Shown here: one piece after another, positions 1 through 10,277 of the stretch
How positions within the stretch are numbered: position 1 is the stretch's first letter
Layout of the letters: the number at the start of each line of letters is the position of its first letter
Origin: Promethearchaeum syntrophicum
GTDB lineage: Archaea > Asgardarchaeota > Lokiarchaeia > Sigyniarchaeales > Promethearchaeaceae
Length of the DNA stretch: 32,000 nucleotides
Direction: 5' to 3'
Assembly: GCF_008000775.2 (NCBI RefSeq)
Contig: NZ_CP042905.2
Span: 4,050,001 to 4,082,000 of the forward strand
Translations under genes and position numbers: made by a program
Notes under the pieces: model-generated
What the model was told of the DNA's origin: nothing
Database searches by the model: none
The model's input: the letters and a program-made list of their open reading frames with translations, nothing else

Positions 1-336
1 CTCTTGGATTTTCGCTTTTTGTTCTTCATACTGTTTATTAATACGTTCAACTTGCTTTGTAATACTATTTAATCTAATTTCAAGCTCTTCTTTCTTTTCC
101 TTTGAAGAAGTGAGTAAAACTGGAACTGAAGATTTAATAAAGATTCCTCCTGCAGATTTGTAAACAATAGCATCTTCCTCAGCGGATTCTAATTCTTTGA
201 TTGCTGCCTCTTTTTCGGCAAATTGATGTTGTATAGATGATTGTTGTTGCATCATAAACTCCAATTGTTGTTGAATGTTCTGAAAACGCGCGACTTCTTG
301 TTGATCTTGTTGGGATAAATTTGGTGGTTGACTCAT
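1..336 (-). CDS. pfdB: prefoldin beta subunit (partial; C-terminus lies beyond the window start)
   Basis: Not in the ORF track because no stop codon falls inside the window. My minus-strand translation from ATG (334-336) reads MSQPPNLSQQDQQEVARFQNIQQQLEFMMQQQSSIQHQFAEKEAAIKELESAEEDAIVYKSAGGIFIKSS...KEELEIRLNSITKQVERINKQYEEQKAKIQE. It shows the coiled coil, beta hairpin (VYKSAGGIFIK), coiled coil pattern typical of archaeal prefoldin beta. Confidence 0.7.
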   Translation of the reverse strand, partial: MSQPPNLSQQDQQEVARFQNIQQQLEFMMQQQSSIQHQFAEKEAAIKELESAEEDAIVYKSAGGIFIKSSVPVLLTSSKEKKEELEIRLNSITKQVERINKQYEEQKAKIQE

Positions 337-428
337 ATTTACTTTAAATTAATCATAAAATTTGAAAATTATCAATTTAATTTATTTTGATTTAAAATCA
401 TAGATTATAATAGAGGAAGGCGAAAGTT

Positions 429-1238
429 TTGCGAAAAATCCATATTACTTATAATGCACAAGAAAAGAAGAGAATTACTGAGCCAATTTTATCCAGTAAA
501 CCAGATGTATTATATTATATTTGTCATCAAGGAGAAATTGAAGATATTTTCTTAAATTATAAGAAAATGAATTTAGAAACGATTAAAAATAATTTGGAAA
601 ACTGTATAATTATTGAAAATTTTGTTGATTATGTTAATTATTACGATATTATTGGGAATTTAGCAAAGATTATTAGCTCAGAAAACGCAAAAAGCACTGA
701 AGAAGACATATCTTTCACCATAAATATGGGAACTGGAAGTAAAATGGTTGCTGTTGCAAACTTAGATGCAGGACGTCTATGGGACAATATCAAATTAATA
801 TATCCCTACTCACTGGATTACAATCCTAATGAAGAATCAACCCATTCAGGAATTCTTATTTCTGCAGAACCTCCCAAGTTTAAATTCGAAAAACCTCCGC
901 TAGACTTAATAAAAGCAATGCAAATTTTATATTGGTTAATGAAACATGACAAATTTGATAGAGAAAGAGATTTTGTGCTTCAAAGAGATTGGCAAGAAGC
1001 AATATATCGAACGTATAAGATAAGATCTGTCAAGAAAAATATAAATCCTAGAAAACAAGATTCTTCGGAAAAAATATCTATCCTTCGAAGGTTTATTGGA
1101 CCGTTAACAGATAAATGGGGCTTTATTTACCGTAAAAAACAAGGTAGAGATTATAAAGTTTTTTTCACAGATGCGGGTATAAAAATAGTTCTTGTTTTTA
1201 TGAATTACGATTACGGGATTAATTTTCATACAAAATAA
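429..1238 (+). CDS. hypothetical protein, possibly a Csa3/CARF-like Rossmann plus winged-helix regulator (HFX_2341/DUF6293-like)
   Basis: 269-aa ORF with a TTG start preceded by a GAGGAAGG Shine-Dalgarno-like motif (413-420). The N-terminal 'KIHITY...' strand and 'FTINMGTGSKMVAVANLDAG' resemble the nucleotide-binding-like core of Csa3-type regulators. The family assignment is from memory only. Confidence 0.4.
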   Translation: MRKIHITYNAQEKKRITEPILSSKPDVLYYICHQGEIEDIFLNYKKMNLETIKNNLENCIIIENFVDYVNYYDIIGNLAKIISSENAKSTEEDISFTINMGTGSKMVAVANLDAGRLWDNIKLIYPYSLDYNPNEESTHSGILISAEPPKFKFEKPPLDLIKAMQILYWLMKHDKFDRERDFVLQRDWQEAIYRTYKIRSVKKNINPRKQDSSEKISILRRFIGPLTDKWGFIYRKKQGRDYKVFFTDAGIKIVLVFMNYDYGINFHTK

Positions 1239-1327
1239 GAGTGGAAATATTTATTAAAACAAATTTTTTTAATATCTAATTTACTCGAATATAATAGTAA
1301 ATTGTAAATTTTATTTGGTAGATAAAA

Positions 1328-2362
1328 ATGAGCAGCATTTCAGTTTTAGCCAATAAAGAGAAAACCACTCAAGTATTACAGCAAGCAGAGTATTCTGTCT
1401 ATAATAACATTAGTTCCACGCTTGAAATGTGTTTTGAATTGTTTGCTCGCCATGATACCCCTACTATCCCCACATTATTGATAAAACTTGTAGAAAATAT
1501 CGATATTATAAAACCCTATTTTATACATGAGTTAAAATTACTTAGTAAATTCCTTAGAGCTTTACCACTTATTATTGGAATTGAGAATAGACATGATTTA
1601 CTAAAGGATGATTGTTTATTTATTAGAAAAGGCTTAATTTCAATCAGTATAAATACATTCTCCCATATAATTTCAAATAATCAACTTCCATTAGCAATCG
1701 CTAAAAAAGGGGGATTTTTTGTAGATATTGATGGGGAAAAATTAATTCAACTAAGGAAAAATAAGAATTACTCCAGAAATGATCTCGCAGAAAAACTCAA
1801 AGTATCAGCCAAATCTATTATGCATTATGAAAAAAATGCAATGAGAACATCCACAGAACATGCCCAACATCTTAAAGAAATTTTGGGAGATTCTATTCAG
1901 GTTCCGATCAATACATATGAATATATTAATCAATCCTTCTCTGATTTTTCAGTTAATCCTCAAATGCAAAGAAAAATTTCTGCAAAAAATCGCGAATTAA
2001 TGAACACAATTAATGAAATAGTTGAAGATACAGGATATCAAACCTATTGGACTCGAACCAGCCCCTTTGATTTATTTATCTATCGAGAAAACGATGATTC
2101 CACAAAAATAGAAGATTATACCTTAATCGGTGGAACGATGAGTGAAAAAATTTATCAAAAATCCACACACGATACAAAAATAAATTTCTTAAAAAATACT
2201 AAAAATTCTGCTGGAACTACAAGTATAATGATTTGCGAAGATGAAAATCGAGATGTAAAACAGGTGAAACGAGAAAAGGTTCCATATATTGTAATTAAAG
2301 AATTAAAAATTCTTGATGATCCAAAGGAATTCAAGAAATTAATAAAAACACGAAAGAATTAA
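1328..2362 (+). CDS. archaeal putative HTH-type (XRE/cro-C1-like) transcriptional regulator
   Basis: 344-aa ORF. The central segment 'LIQLRKNKNYSRNDLAEKLKVSAKSIMHYEKNAMRTSTEHAQHLKEILG' is a classic cro/C1 helix-turn-helix. Size and layout resemble the conserved archaeal ~320-aa putative HTH-type regulatory protein family. Confidence 0.6.
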   Translation: MSSISVLANKEKTTQVLQQAEYSVYNNISSTLEMCFELFARHDTPTIPTLLIKLVENIDIIKPYFIHELKLLSKFLRALPLIIGIENRHDLLKDDCLFIRKGLISISINTFSHIISNNQLPLAIAKKGGFFVDIDGEKLIQLRKNKNYSRNDLAEKLKVSAKSIMHYEKNAMRTSTEHAQHLKEILGDSIQVPINTYEYINQSFSDFSVNPQMQRKISAKNRELMNTINEIVEDTGYQTYWTRTSPFDLFIYRENDDSTKIEDYTLIGGTMSEKIYQKSTHDTKINFLKNTKNSAGTTSIMICEDENRDVKQVKREKVPYIVIKELKILDDPKEFKKLIKTRKN

Positions 2363-2401
2363 TATTTTTTAAATTATAAACTAATTTTGGAATTATTACT
2401 C

Positions 2402-3076
2402 ATGTTAATAGCTGGATTAGATGAAGCAGGGAGAGGCCCAGTAATTGGAAGCTTAGTTATTGGCTGTGTGATCTTCAATGAAAAAGACCTCCCTATCTTG
2501 GATGATATTGGGGTAGATGATTCCAAAAAAATCACATCTAAACGAAGAGAAATATTAGCTAAAAAAATCAAATCCCATGCTGTGAGTTATGATATACTTG
2601 AGATTACGGCTAAAGATATTAATGCACTCCATAAGAAAGGATTAACCCTTAATGAAATAGAGGAAATAAGTTTTGCAAAATTGATAAATGGGATAAAACC
2701 ACAACCCGATATTATTTATTTGGACGCTGCAGATGTTATTGAAGACCGGTTTGGGAAAACAATCGGAAGCATGTTAAGATTTAAACCCAAAAAAATTATT
2801 TCTAAGCATCGAGGCGATGCCATTTTTAAAATTGTGGGTGCTGCTTCGATTCTAGCAAAAACTAAACGCGATCAAATTATTGAGGAATATAAAAAGGAAT
2901 ATGGAAATATAGGTTCAGGATATCCAAGTGATCCTTATACGAAAAAATTCTTAAAATCCTATTATTATTCCAATCAGAAATTTCCTCCGATAGTTCGGAC
3001 TTGGTGGAAAACCGCTGAAAACATTAAAAAAGATTATGAAATGCAAAAAAAGCAGAAAAAATTAACGGAATTCTGA
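2402..3076 (+). CDS. rnhB: ribonuclease HII
   Basis: 'MLIAGLDEAGRGPVIGSLV...GVDDSKK...' carries the RNase HII catalytic DEAGRG and DDSK motifs. I prefer ATG at 2402 over the track's TTG at 2387, because family members start immediately before GxDEAGRG. Confidence 0.9.
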   Translation: MLIAGLDEAGRGPVIGSLVIGCVIFNEKDLPILDDIGVDDSKKITSKRREILAKKIKSHAVSYDILEITAKDINALHKKGLTLNEIEEISFAKLINGIKPQPDIIYLDAADVIEDRFGKTIGSMLRFKPKKIISKHRGDAIFKIVGAASILAKTKRDQIIEEYKKEYGNIGSGYPSDPYTKKFLKSYYYSNQKFPPIVRTWWKTAENIKKDYEMQKKQKKLTEF

Positions 3077-3116
3077 TCTTATTCAAAGATATGTAGAGAT
3101 AAAGTGAAAATGTAAA

Positions 3117-3965
3117 ATGAAAACAATGAAGATACCTTGGTTTGATAAACAAACTTTTGTAGTTACAGGAGGTAGTTCTGGAATTGGGTTTGCTATTTCC
3201 CAAAAACTTGCGCAAGAAGGCGCAAAGGTCATTGCGGTTAGTTATAATCCAACGGAATTTTCTATCGCTCAATCAAAGCTTGATGCTGATCAGCAGAATA
3301 TAGAATTTTTTAAGTGTGATATTACCAATTCCGAGGACCGAGAAAGTTTGAAGCAATTCATTTCAAGTCGCGAACGATCTTTAGCAGGGATAATTAATGC
3401 AGCAGGGATTACAACCTACGGACCATTTCTTAAAACACCAATTTCAGCTCTTAAGAAATTATACGATATTAATTTTACCGGAACAATACTATTTACTCGT
3501 GATATTCTTCCTTTGGTCCTCAATGATCAGACAACAGATCTAAAATATTTGGGATTTATTTCAAGCACCTCTGGAATTGCTGCTATGCCATATTTTGGAG
3601 GATATCCCGCCACCAAGGCAGGTGTCGAGATGTTTTTACGATGTATGGAATTAGAATACCCAAAAAATGTCAAAATTTTATCAATTCGTCCTGGTCCGGT
3701 TAGAACTAACCTTTATAATAATGTTACCACTGCTCCAGATTATAATATAAAGAGGTTATTGGATTCAAGGTTTCAATTGAAAGTTCTTCCGGAGGTCGTC
3801 GCTTCTGCATTTGTTAGAGCAATCAAAAAGAAAAAGCATGGCATAATCTATCCAAAATTTGGAACCAAGATTTCAGCGAGATTCATGAAACGAAAAATGA
3901 TCGCAAAACTCATGATGAAAGGTATGGAATATATGAATACAATGGATAAATCCAGGACAGTTTAA
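3117..3965 (+). CDS. short-chain dehydrogenase/reductase (SDR family oxidoreductase)
   Basis: Has the TGGSSGIG cofactor-binding motif, 'ISSTSG' and the catalytic YxxxK ('YPATKAG'). At 282 aa it is typical of a classical SDR. Confidence 0.85.
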   Translation: MKTMKIPWFDKQTFVVTGGSSGIGFAISQKLAQEGAKVIAVSYNPTEFSIAQSKLDADQQNIEFFKCDITNSEDRESLKQFISSRERSLAGIINAAGITTYGPFLKTPISALKKLYDINFTGTILFTRDILPLVLNDQTTDLKYLGFISSTSGIAAMPYFGGYPATKAGVEMFLRCMELEYPKNVKILSIRPGPVRTNLYNNVTTAPDYNIKRLLDSRFQLKVLPEVVASAFVRAIKKKKHGIIYPKFGTKISARFMKRKMIAKLMMKGMEYMNTMDKSRTV

Positions 3966-4051
3966 TCTGGTGTATCAACTGTTAAGAAATATTTAATTAA
4001 AATTAATGAAGAAGTAGAGAAATTTAACAGATTTCAAATATTAACAAATAA

Positions 4052-4543
4052 TTATGGGATAATCAAATTCGATCTTGCTTGAGCGATTAATCTACAATCT
4101 CGTGTATAGATTTCTGCTGTGCAATTTACAACATTTTTACCAAATTTAATAATTTTTCCCTTTACGCTTAAAATTTGACCTAATTTCGCTTTACGAAGGT
4201 AATCTACTTTTAGATCAATGGCATAAAGAAACTGGTCTAAATCCAAACTTGCACCTGTCATTCCAACAACTTCATCCATTATCGCACATTGTATACCACC
4301 ATGAAGGACACCAGCAGGATTTGTTAATTTTGGAGATACCACAAATTCTAATTCTACTTCACCGGGATAAGCCTTAATTATACTTGCATTTAACCATGAA
4401 GATAAGGGAGATTTCGGTAAACTTTCACATAATCCATTCATATCATTATCTAACCTAATTTCATAACTGCATGGATTATAATCAACATCTTCCCTAGTAA
4501 TTTTTTGAGCAGCCATCCAGAACACATCAGAATTTTTATTCAA
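4052..4543 (-). CDS. PaaI/hotdog-fold thioesterase
   Basis: 163 aa. 'NPAGVLHGGIQCAIMDEVVGM' matches the PaaI-type hotdog thioesterase signature (HGG...D). Confidence 0.7.
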   Translation of the reverse strand: MNKNSDVFWMAAQKITREDVDYNPCSYEIRLDNDMNGLCESLPKSPLSSWLNASIIKAYPGEVELEFVVSPKLTNPAGVLHGGIQCAIMDEVVGMTGASLDLDQFLYAIDLKVDYLRKAKLGQILSVKGKIIKFGKNVVNCTAEIYTRDCRLIAQARSNLIIP

Positions 4544-4741
4544 ATACTTGTAATTTTAATCAAACAAATATTTTTCACATTATTAACTTAATTCAGTGGA
4601 ACCATTTAAAGATTTTGCAACTAAACATTTATGTTTCATGGGAAAAAAATCGAGAATTAACATTTAATGATCAAAAACGATCAATGATTAATAATTATCA
4701 AAAATAATAAGGTAATTCACTATAAGAAAGAACAAATAAAA

Positions 4742-5767
4742 TCACCAATGGTTAATAACATGCTCGGCGTGACCAAATAATTGATCTTCTTTTCGAATGT
4801 GAATTTTTTCTCTATTATCAAGCACTACAGTTCCAGTAAAAAAGCCATATACTTTAAGTACTTTCATATTTAGTAAAATATAATTTGTTTTTTCATTCTC
4901 AATGAATGTTGGGTGTAATTTTAGGTTGATTCGTTCATCCATACTTTTGAATATCCAATCTTCTTCAATATTCGATGAATTCCATGTATATGTTACTTCA
5001 TCTAAATGATGTCCTTTACTATCAAAGAAGATCATATTTTTACTTGATTCAGTTCCGAATCCATAATCAAAATTTAATCCAAAATTATGATTGTTAACTT
5101 TTCCAGATGCAGAAGCCCATCTCCACTCAACTCTGTATGGAAAAACTGCTCGTGTCCAATCTAAACAGCCATAAACGCGGTCTTTCCGAGAAATTTCAAT
5201 TTTTCGATCTCCTACTTGAAATTTTCCAGTAGCAGGCATGCAATTGATTTTTTGTGCGTAGACAAACTGATTTTTTTTGTTGAATGGTATCACATTGGTC
5301 ATTGTATCCATATTTTTTGGTTGTTCCAGTTTTATTTCTCCTTTAAATCCCTTTCCATCTTCAAAATCGGGAAAATCAAATTTAAAGATTCTATGATCAG
5401 GTTTACGGATAGATTTCCAGGAGGAGTTCTTAATTTTGATATTAATATCCCCCACATCTGATGTCGGAGGGAGATTTAAAGATCCTTTGGAAAACCAAAG
5501 AATTTCACTGGCTTCTTTTTTGGTTTTATTTTTAAAATCTATAAAAGTGGCTTGAATTTTTGCTTGATAACCAACATCATAAACTACTAGGAATAAATCG
5601 TATTTATCATTGCGAATCTCATAGAAATCCCATTCTTTAATACGAAAAGGATGTGATTTAACATGGTTTCGATTGTACTGTAGAAATATTTGTCGAGCCC
5701 ACCCACTCTGAGTTAACACACCATCTAGTGTTAATAAATCTCCGGTTTGTGTGATTTCGGTTTGCAT
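4742..5767 (-). CDS. conserved hypothetical protein (possibly DUF2804 family)
   Basis: A clean 341-aa ORF. The 'GWARQIFLQYNR...FRIKEWDFYEI' N-terminus and overall size resemble DUF2804 proteins as I remember them. No catalytic motif recognised. Confidence 0.5.
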   Translation of the reverse strand: MQTEITQTGDLLTLDGVLTQSGWARQIFLQYNRNHVKSHPFRIKEWDFYEIRNDKYDLFLVVYDVGYQAKIQATFIDFKNKTKKEASEILWFSKGSLNLPPTSDVGDINIKIKNSSWKSIRKPDHRIFKFDFPDFEDGKGFKGEIKLEQPKNMDTMTNVIPFNKKNQFVYAQKINCMPATGKFQVGDRKIEISRKDRVYGCLDWTRAVFPYRVEWRWASASGKVNNHNFGLNFDYGFGTESSKNMIFFDSKGHHLDEVTYTWNSSNIEEDWIFKSMDERINLKLHPTFIENEKTNYILLNMKVLKVYGFFTGTVVLDNREKIHIRKEDQLFGHAEHVINHW

Positions 5768-5914
5768 GTATCAAATTCTTTGTTTAAATTATAAAAGGTA
5801 TTCTATTCCAATAATTAAAAAGTATAAATAAATGAATTGATTTCAATTATAATGACTAATTTAAAATATCTCACCCATATTTATCAATCAATAAATATTT
5901 GAGTAGATTTATTT

Positions 5915-6274
5915 ATGGAAAAAAAAATAGAATTAAAAATTGATGAAATCAAAGAAAATCAAGGAATTAAAATCAATCTTGAAAATATAGAAATATTATT
6001 AACAAAAATCGATGGTAAAATTTATGCTACAACAGATCGCTGTGGCCATATGAGTGTTTCTCTTTCAGCTGGAGAGGTTCATGACGGAATTGTCACTTGT
6101 CCAATGCATAAAGCTCAATTCAATATTAAAACAGGTGAAAAAATAAGAGGACCTAAAATTCCTAAATTACTTTCCCCTACAAAAATGGGAAAATTAATGA
6201 ATAACGTAAAAACACATAATTTACGAGTTTATCCAGTACATGTTAGGAATGAAGAGATTTTTATTGATATGTAA
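5915..6274 (+). CDS. Rieske [2Fe-2S] domain protein
   Basis: 119 aa with the two Rieske cluster boxes CGH ('DRCGHMS') and CPMH ('VTCPMHKAQF') at normal spacing. Confidence 0.85.
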   Translation: MEKKIELKIDEIKENQGIKINLENIEILLTKIDGKIYATTDRCGHMSVSLSAGEVHDGIVTCPMHKAQFNIKTGEKIRGPKIPKLLSPTKMGKLMNNVKTHNLRVYPVHVRNEEIFIDM

Positions 6275-6275
6275 C

Positions 6276-6971
6276 TCACAGACCTTGATATCTTCCAAAT
6301 AGAACCACATGATCTGTTTGAAAGGAAGTTATATTTACATTATCGGTCACCATTAGACCATTCTCTTCCAATGTTTTGATCTCTTTGGCGAAAATTTCTT
6401 TTGGACTTGCTATACTATCGATACTTCGAGATTTCACCGTGTAAATAAATTTTCCGACTCCCGGTTTTAAATACATTTTAGCGTTTTTGATTAAAATTTC
6501 TGATTGATTAGGCTGAGCTACGTCCATATATATTATATCGATTGCCCCAGTAATGAATTTAAGATATTCATGAGGTTGGTTAGCATCTCCGAGAATTGGA
6601 ATAACATTTTGTCGATCTACAGAATTTTGAACCAGTTCTCTTAAACTCCTGGAAGAAAATTCGATTGCATAAATAATACCCTTTGTGACAATATCAGACA
6701 CGTGACTTACAGTTGTTCCACTGGAGGCACCTAAGTATAATACTTTTGAGGATGGATTTATGAAAATTTTTCTAGCATTACATTTTATGGCAGCACACAA
6801 TTTGCTTCGGAAAGGATTCCATTCTCGATATTGCAGATCGCCGTCTAATAATAGTTTTTCTCCATAGACAGATTTATTAAAATCCAGGTTAACTGTGTAA
6901 ATTTTTTGAGTTTCTTTATAACCCGATAGAAATATTCCATCGAATTTATTATGTTTTTTGAATTTGGCCAT
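6276..6971 (-). CDS. flpA: fibrillarin-like rRNA/tRNA 2'-O-methyltransferase
   Basis: 'YREWNPFRSKLCAAI', 'VLYLGASSGTTVSHVSDIV', 'IYAIEFS', 'ILGDANQP' and 'MDVAQPNQ' are the canonical fibrillarin motifs. The gene lies immediately downstream of nop5, as in most archaea. Confidence 0.95.
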   Translation of the reverse strand: MAKFKKHNKFDGIFLSGYKETQKIYTVNLDFNKSVYGEKLLLDGDLQYREWNPFRSKLCAAIKCNARKIFINPSSKVLYLGASSGTTVSHVSDIVTKGIIYAIEFSSRSLRELVQNSVDRQNVIPILGDANQPHEYLKFITGAIDIIYMDVAQPNQSEILIKNAKMYLKPGVGKFIYTVKSRSIDSIASPKEIFAKEIKTLEENGLMVTDNVNITSFQTDHVVLFGRYQGL

Positions 6972-6975
6972 ATAA

Positions 6976-8325
6976 TCACCGTTTCTGATATTTAGATTTT
7001 TGATTTTTAGATCCTTGATATTGAGATTTTTTGTATTTAGATTTCTGATAACCAGATTTTTGATATTTTGATTTTTGATTACCGGATTTTTGATATTTAG
7101 ATTTGGATCCTTGGTATTTTCCCTTGCTTTTTTGTTGAAAATCGGGCTTAATCTCCTGTTTTTTAGGGGCTCTTGGAAATTGAGTTTTAATTTTTTCTAT
7201 TTTTCTCTCAATCTCTTCTTTATATTTATCCCCAATAAATTCCCCTTTATAATAATCAACTTTCGCTAGAATACTTATTTTTCCAGAAACCATTCGGGCG
7301 ATTTTTCCACGTAGATACGCTTTTTCTCCTCGAATTTTGTTCCATTGAAATAAAATTCCATATTTAGGAGTTTTTCCACCAGATTTTAATGCTTTGAATA
7401 AGGCTTTTTCAGCCCCTAAAATTTGAATAGTGCTGGATGAAAATTTCGCTAATCTTTCTAAACTTCCTGCAATTGAAATTAGTTTGGCTGTTATTGAAGC
7501 ACCTAAAACAAATTTTAAATTGGGAGCAACTGAATCTAATGCTTCCGAAATGTATTCCTCCAGACTAATTCGATATTCTATTTGATCTAAAACGGTTTTC
7601 GCTAATCTTTTAATCGTAATAATGTCTGTTTCTGATAAATCTCCCCCCAATGATCGTTTCGCTTTTGCTTCAACTGTCTCAATTTTATCTTCACTTAAAC
7701 CGGTAATGGATTGAATTTGATCTACTGTAAAATTATCCCTAAGTCCTAATTCTGCAACAAGTTTTGCATATATAGTGTGGTCATAAATTAATTTATCCGT
7801 TAATTCGGGAAAATGTAACCCATACCATTCTCTCAGTCTTGTTGATAAAATATTAATGGATTTATCCAGATCGACAATAGAATCCCCAGCTTGTTTAATT
7901 TGATAATCTTTTTGGGTAATACTTTCAGCGAATTGTTCTTTAATCATGATTTCCGAGAGAATTTTCGATCTCGAATATAACTGTTTTGCCTTAAAGGGAA
8001 TTTTCGAATCTAATAAGAGTTGTATCAGATTTTCTCTTAAATCTCTAAAACGTGGAATATCTTCGGTAATTACACCAGAAACATCAGAAATATCTTTAAA
8101 AAGAGGTTTATAAGAAGGATTTTCTATTTCAACTGCGGAACAACCTTGTTCTTTCAATTTTTGAATAAATTGCTGAAAATCTGGAGGAAGTTCTCCTTTC
8201 TCCATTAGAATATAGTAGTTGGCCAAATCATTTAATGATTTATCATGATAAATAGTTCCAATTACTTTATTTTTCTCATTTAATACAATTATTCCATGGA
8301 CCGATGTTAATAGTAAAGCTTTCAT
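6976..8325 (-). CDS. nop5: C/D box snoRNP protein Nop5 (Nop56/58 homologue) with a lysine-rich repeat tail
   Basis: Contains the Nop domain ('LGAEKALFKALKSGGKTPKYGILFQ', 'RGKIARMVSGKISILAKVDYY') and forms an operon with flpA. I prefer ATG at 8325 (MKALLLTS...) over the track's TTG at 8334. Confidence 0.9.
   Translation of the reverse strand: MKALLLTSVHGIIVLNEKNKVIGTIYHDKSLNDLANYYILMEKGELPPDFQQFIQKLKEQGCSAVEIENPSYKPLFKDISDVSGVITEDIPRFRDLRENLIQLLLDSKIPFKAKQLYSRSKILSEIMIKEQFAESITQKDYQIKQAGDSIVDLDKSINILSTRLREWYGLHFPELTDKLIYDHTIYAKLVAELGLRDNFTVDQIQSITGLSEDKIETVEAKAKRSLGGDLSETDIITIKRLAKTVLDQIEYRISLEEYISEALDSVAPNLKFVLGASITAKLISIAGSLERLAKFSSSTIQILGAEKALFKALKSGGKTPKYGILFQWNKIRGEKAYLRGKIARMVSGKISILAKVDYYKGEFIGDKYKEEIERKIEKIKTQFPRAPKKQEIKPDFQQKSKGKYQGSKSKYQKSGNQKSKYQKSGYQKSKYKKSQYQGSKNQKSKYQKR
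6979..7137 (-). repeat. in-frame imperfect 30-nt (10-aa) tandem repeat encoding the Nop5 C-terminal tail
   Basis: The last 53 aa read QQKSKGKYQG/SKSKYQKSGN/QKSKYQKSGY/QKSKYKKSQY/QGSKNQKSKY/QKR. The matching plus-strand DNA shows repeated 'gatttttgatatttagattt'-like units. Confidence 0.8.
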
Positions 8326-8444
8326 TAGGTTCAACCGAATTCTTCGATATATTCATCAATTCTTATTAAGCAAAAAATTTTTTGCCTTTCGAATTTTAAT
8401 TTTCATAAGGAATTAGAAAATTCTTGAAAAAAGGAGTCATCAGA

Positions 8445-9392
8445 ATGCTAAATGAATTATCTTGTGAGATTTCAGGTATAAAATTTAAAAATCCATTAAT
8501 TTTAGCAAGCGGAATATTAGGTGTTGCTCCTTCTTCAATAGTACGACTAGCAAAAGCAGGTATTGGTGGATCAACAACAAAATCGATAGGCCCAAGAACT
8601 CGTTTAGGTTTCAGTAATCCAAGTATTATCGAAATTGATGATGGTACCTTTTTGAATTCAGTTGGATTAGCAAATCCTGGAATAGAAGCTTTTATTCCTG
8701 AAATAGAAGAGATTAAAAAAAAGACTAGTATACCTCTAATTGTAAGTGTATTTGGAGATAATCCAGAAATTTATGCAGAAATTGCAAAAAAATCAGAACT
8801 TGCTGGAGCTGATGCTATAGAAATAAATGTATCTTGTCCTCATGCTGAAGTAGCATCGATTGGATTGTCTGCTGAACTCACTAAAGAATTTACGCAATGT
8901 GTTAAAAAAGCGGTAAATATACCCGTTTTTGTAAAATTAACCCCAAACCTTGCAAACATTATCCGAATTGCCAAAGCAGCTGAAGAAGGAGGTGCGGATG
9001 CAATAGTAGCAATAAATACAGTTCGCGGATTATCTCTTGATATTGAAACTGGAAGACCGATATTATCTCATGGAATTGGGGGAATTTCTGGTACAGCAAT
9101 ACGACCCATTGGAGTTCGCTGTGTTTATGAGATTTATCCACATATTAAAATTCCAATTATTGGTTGCGGTGGGATCAGCAAATGGCAAGATGTATTAGAA
9201 TATATATATGCTGGAGCCACTGCGGTTCAAATAGGTTCAATATTTTCGAGGGGTGAAGATAAAATTATAGAAATATTAGATGGACTTCATAATTTTCTAA
9301 AGAAGCATAATATCTCAAATCTTCAAGAATTGAAGGGGAAATCACATGATTATGATGATGAATTGGAGGCGAAACCAAAATTCCTAAATTGA
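8445..9392 (+). CDS. pyrD: dihydroorotate dehydrogenase, class 1B catalytic subunit
   Basis: Carries the PyrD motifs '[10 protein letters not shown]', 'NSVGLANPG', 'IEINVSCPH' and 'IIGCGGI'. ATG at 8445 is preceded by AAGGAG (8431-8436), so the track's TTG at 8424 is less likely. It is followed by pyrK. Confidence 0.9.
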   Translation: MLNELSCEISGIKFKNPLILASGILGVAPSSIVRLAKAGIGGSTTKSIGPRTRLGFSNPSIIEIDDGTFLNSVGLANPGIEAFIPEIEEIKKKTSIPLIVSVFGDNPEIYAEIAKKSELAGADAIEINVSCPHAEVASIGLSAELTKEFTQCVKKAVNIPVFVKLTPNLANIIRIAKAAEEGGADAIVAINTVRGLSLDIETGRPILSHGIGGISGTAIRPIGVRCVYEIYPHIKIPIIGCGGISKWQDVLEYIYAGATAVQIGSIFSRGEDKIIEILDGLHNFLKKHNISNLQELKGKSHDYDDELEAKPKFLN

Positions 9393-10261
9393 AACCACCG
9401 TATGATTACCGATTAAATAAACCATTTTTAACTCCAATAATTGATATTATAAAGGAAAATAACAGGATTAAGACCTTTATTATAGAATACAATCCAATCT
9501 TTGAACCAGTAAAGATTAATCCGGGTCAATTTGTCATGGTGTGGATACCTGGGAGTGACGAAATCCCAATGTCTGTTTCCCACATAGGTAAAAATTCTAA
9601 AATAAGTATATCTGTTGCAAATGTTGGAGACACAACTCATTTGATGCATCAATTGAAAATTGGTGATAAGATTGGAATTAGAGGACCGTATGGAAATTGG
9701 TTTACATCTCAAGATGGAACTGCAATAGTAATTGGCGGGGGAATTGGTATGGCATCAGTTCTTTCTATCATACAAGATCTTTCAAATCATAAAAAAATCC
9801 CAACAGATATTAAAATTGATAAAATAATATGTATCAATGGGGCAAAAACTGAAACAGAACTCTGTTTTACTGAAGAACTACAGAAAATACTTAATGAAGG
9901 TGATTCTCTTGAAATTTGTACAGATGATGGCTCACTTGGATTTAAAGGGTTTACCACAGAAAAATTGAAAGAAATTCTAGACAAAGAAAAATCGAATGCA
10001 ATTACTGTTTATGCTTGTGGACCTGAAAAAATGTTAAAAACAGTTTTTCAAATATGTGAAGATCATAATAAAATATCGGTTCAATTGAGTTTGGAACGGA
10101 TGATGCGTTGTGGGTTCGGCATTTGTGGATTATGCGCTTTGGAACCAACTGGTTTACTAGTGTGTCAAGATGGCCCGATTTTTACGAATGAAATTTTACG
10201 AGAAATTACTGATTTTGGAAAAATTCATAGAGATTTTTCAGGCAAAACTTATTCTATATAA
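9389..10261 (+). CDS. pyrK: dihydroorotate dehydrogenase electron-transfer subunit
   Basis: FAD/NAD-binding fold ('IGIRGPYG', 'VIGGGIGMA') plus the C-terminal 2Fe-2S motif 'RMMRCGFGICGLCALE...VCQDGP'. The TTG start overlaps the pyrD stop (TTGA at 9389-9392), which suggests translational coupling. Confidence 0.85.
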   Translation: MKPPYDYRLNKPFLTPIIDIIKENNRIKTFIIEYNPIFEPVKINPGQFVMVWIPGSDEIPMSVSHIGKNSKISISVANVGDTTHLMHQLKIGDKIGIRGPYGNWFTSQDGTAIVIGGGIGMASVLSIIQDLSNHKKIPTDIKIDKIICINGAKTETELCFTEELQKILNEGDSLEICTDDGSLGFKGFTTEKLKEILDKEKSNAITVYACGPEKMLKTVFQICEDHNKISVQLSLERMMRCGFGICGLCALEPTGLLVCQDGPIFTNEILREITDFGKIHRDFSGKTYSI

Positions 10262-10277
10262 GAGATGAAGATAAAAA

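Noticed and set aside
2374-3272. Minus-strand ORFs 2374-2571 and 3024-3272
   Set aside because: They are antisense shadows of rnhB and the SDR gene, which both have strong family motifs.
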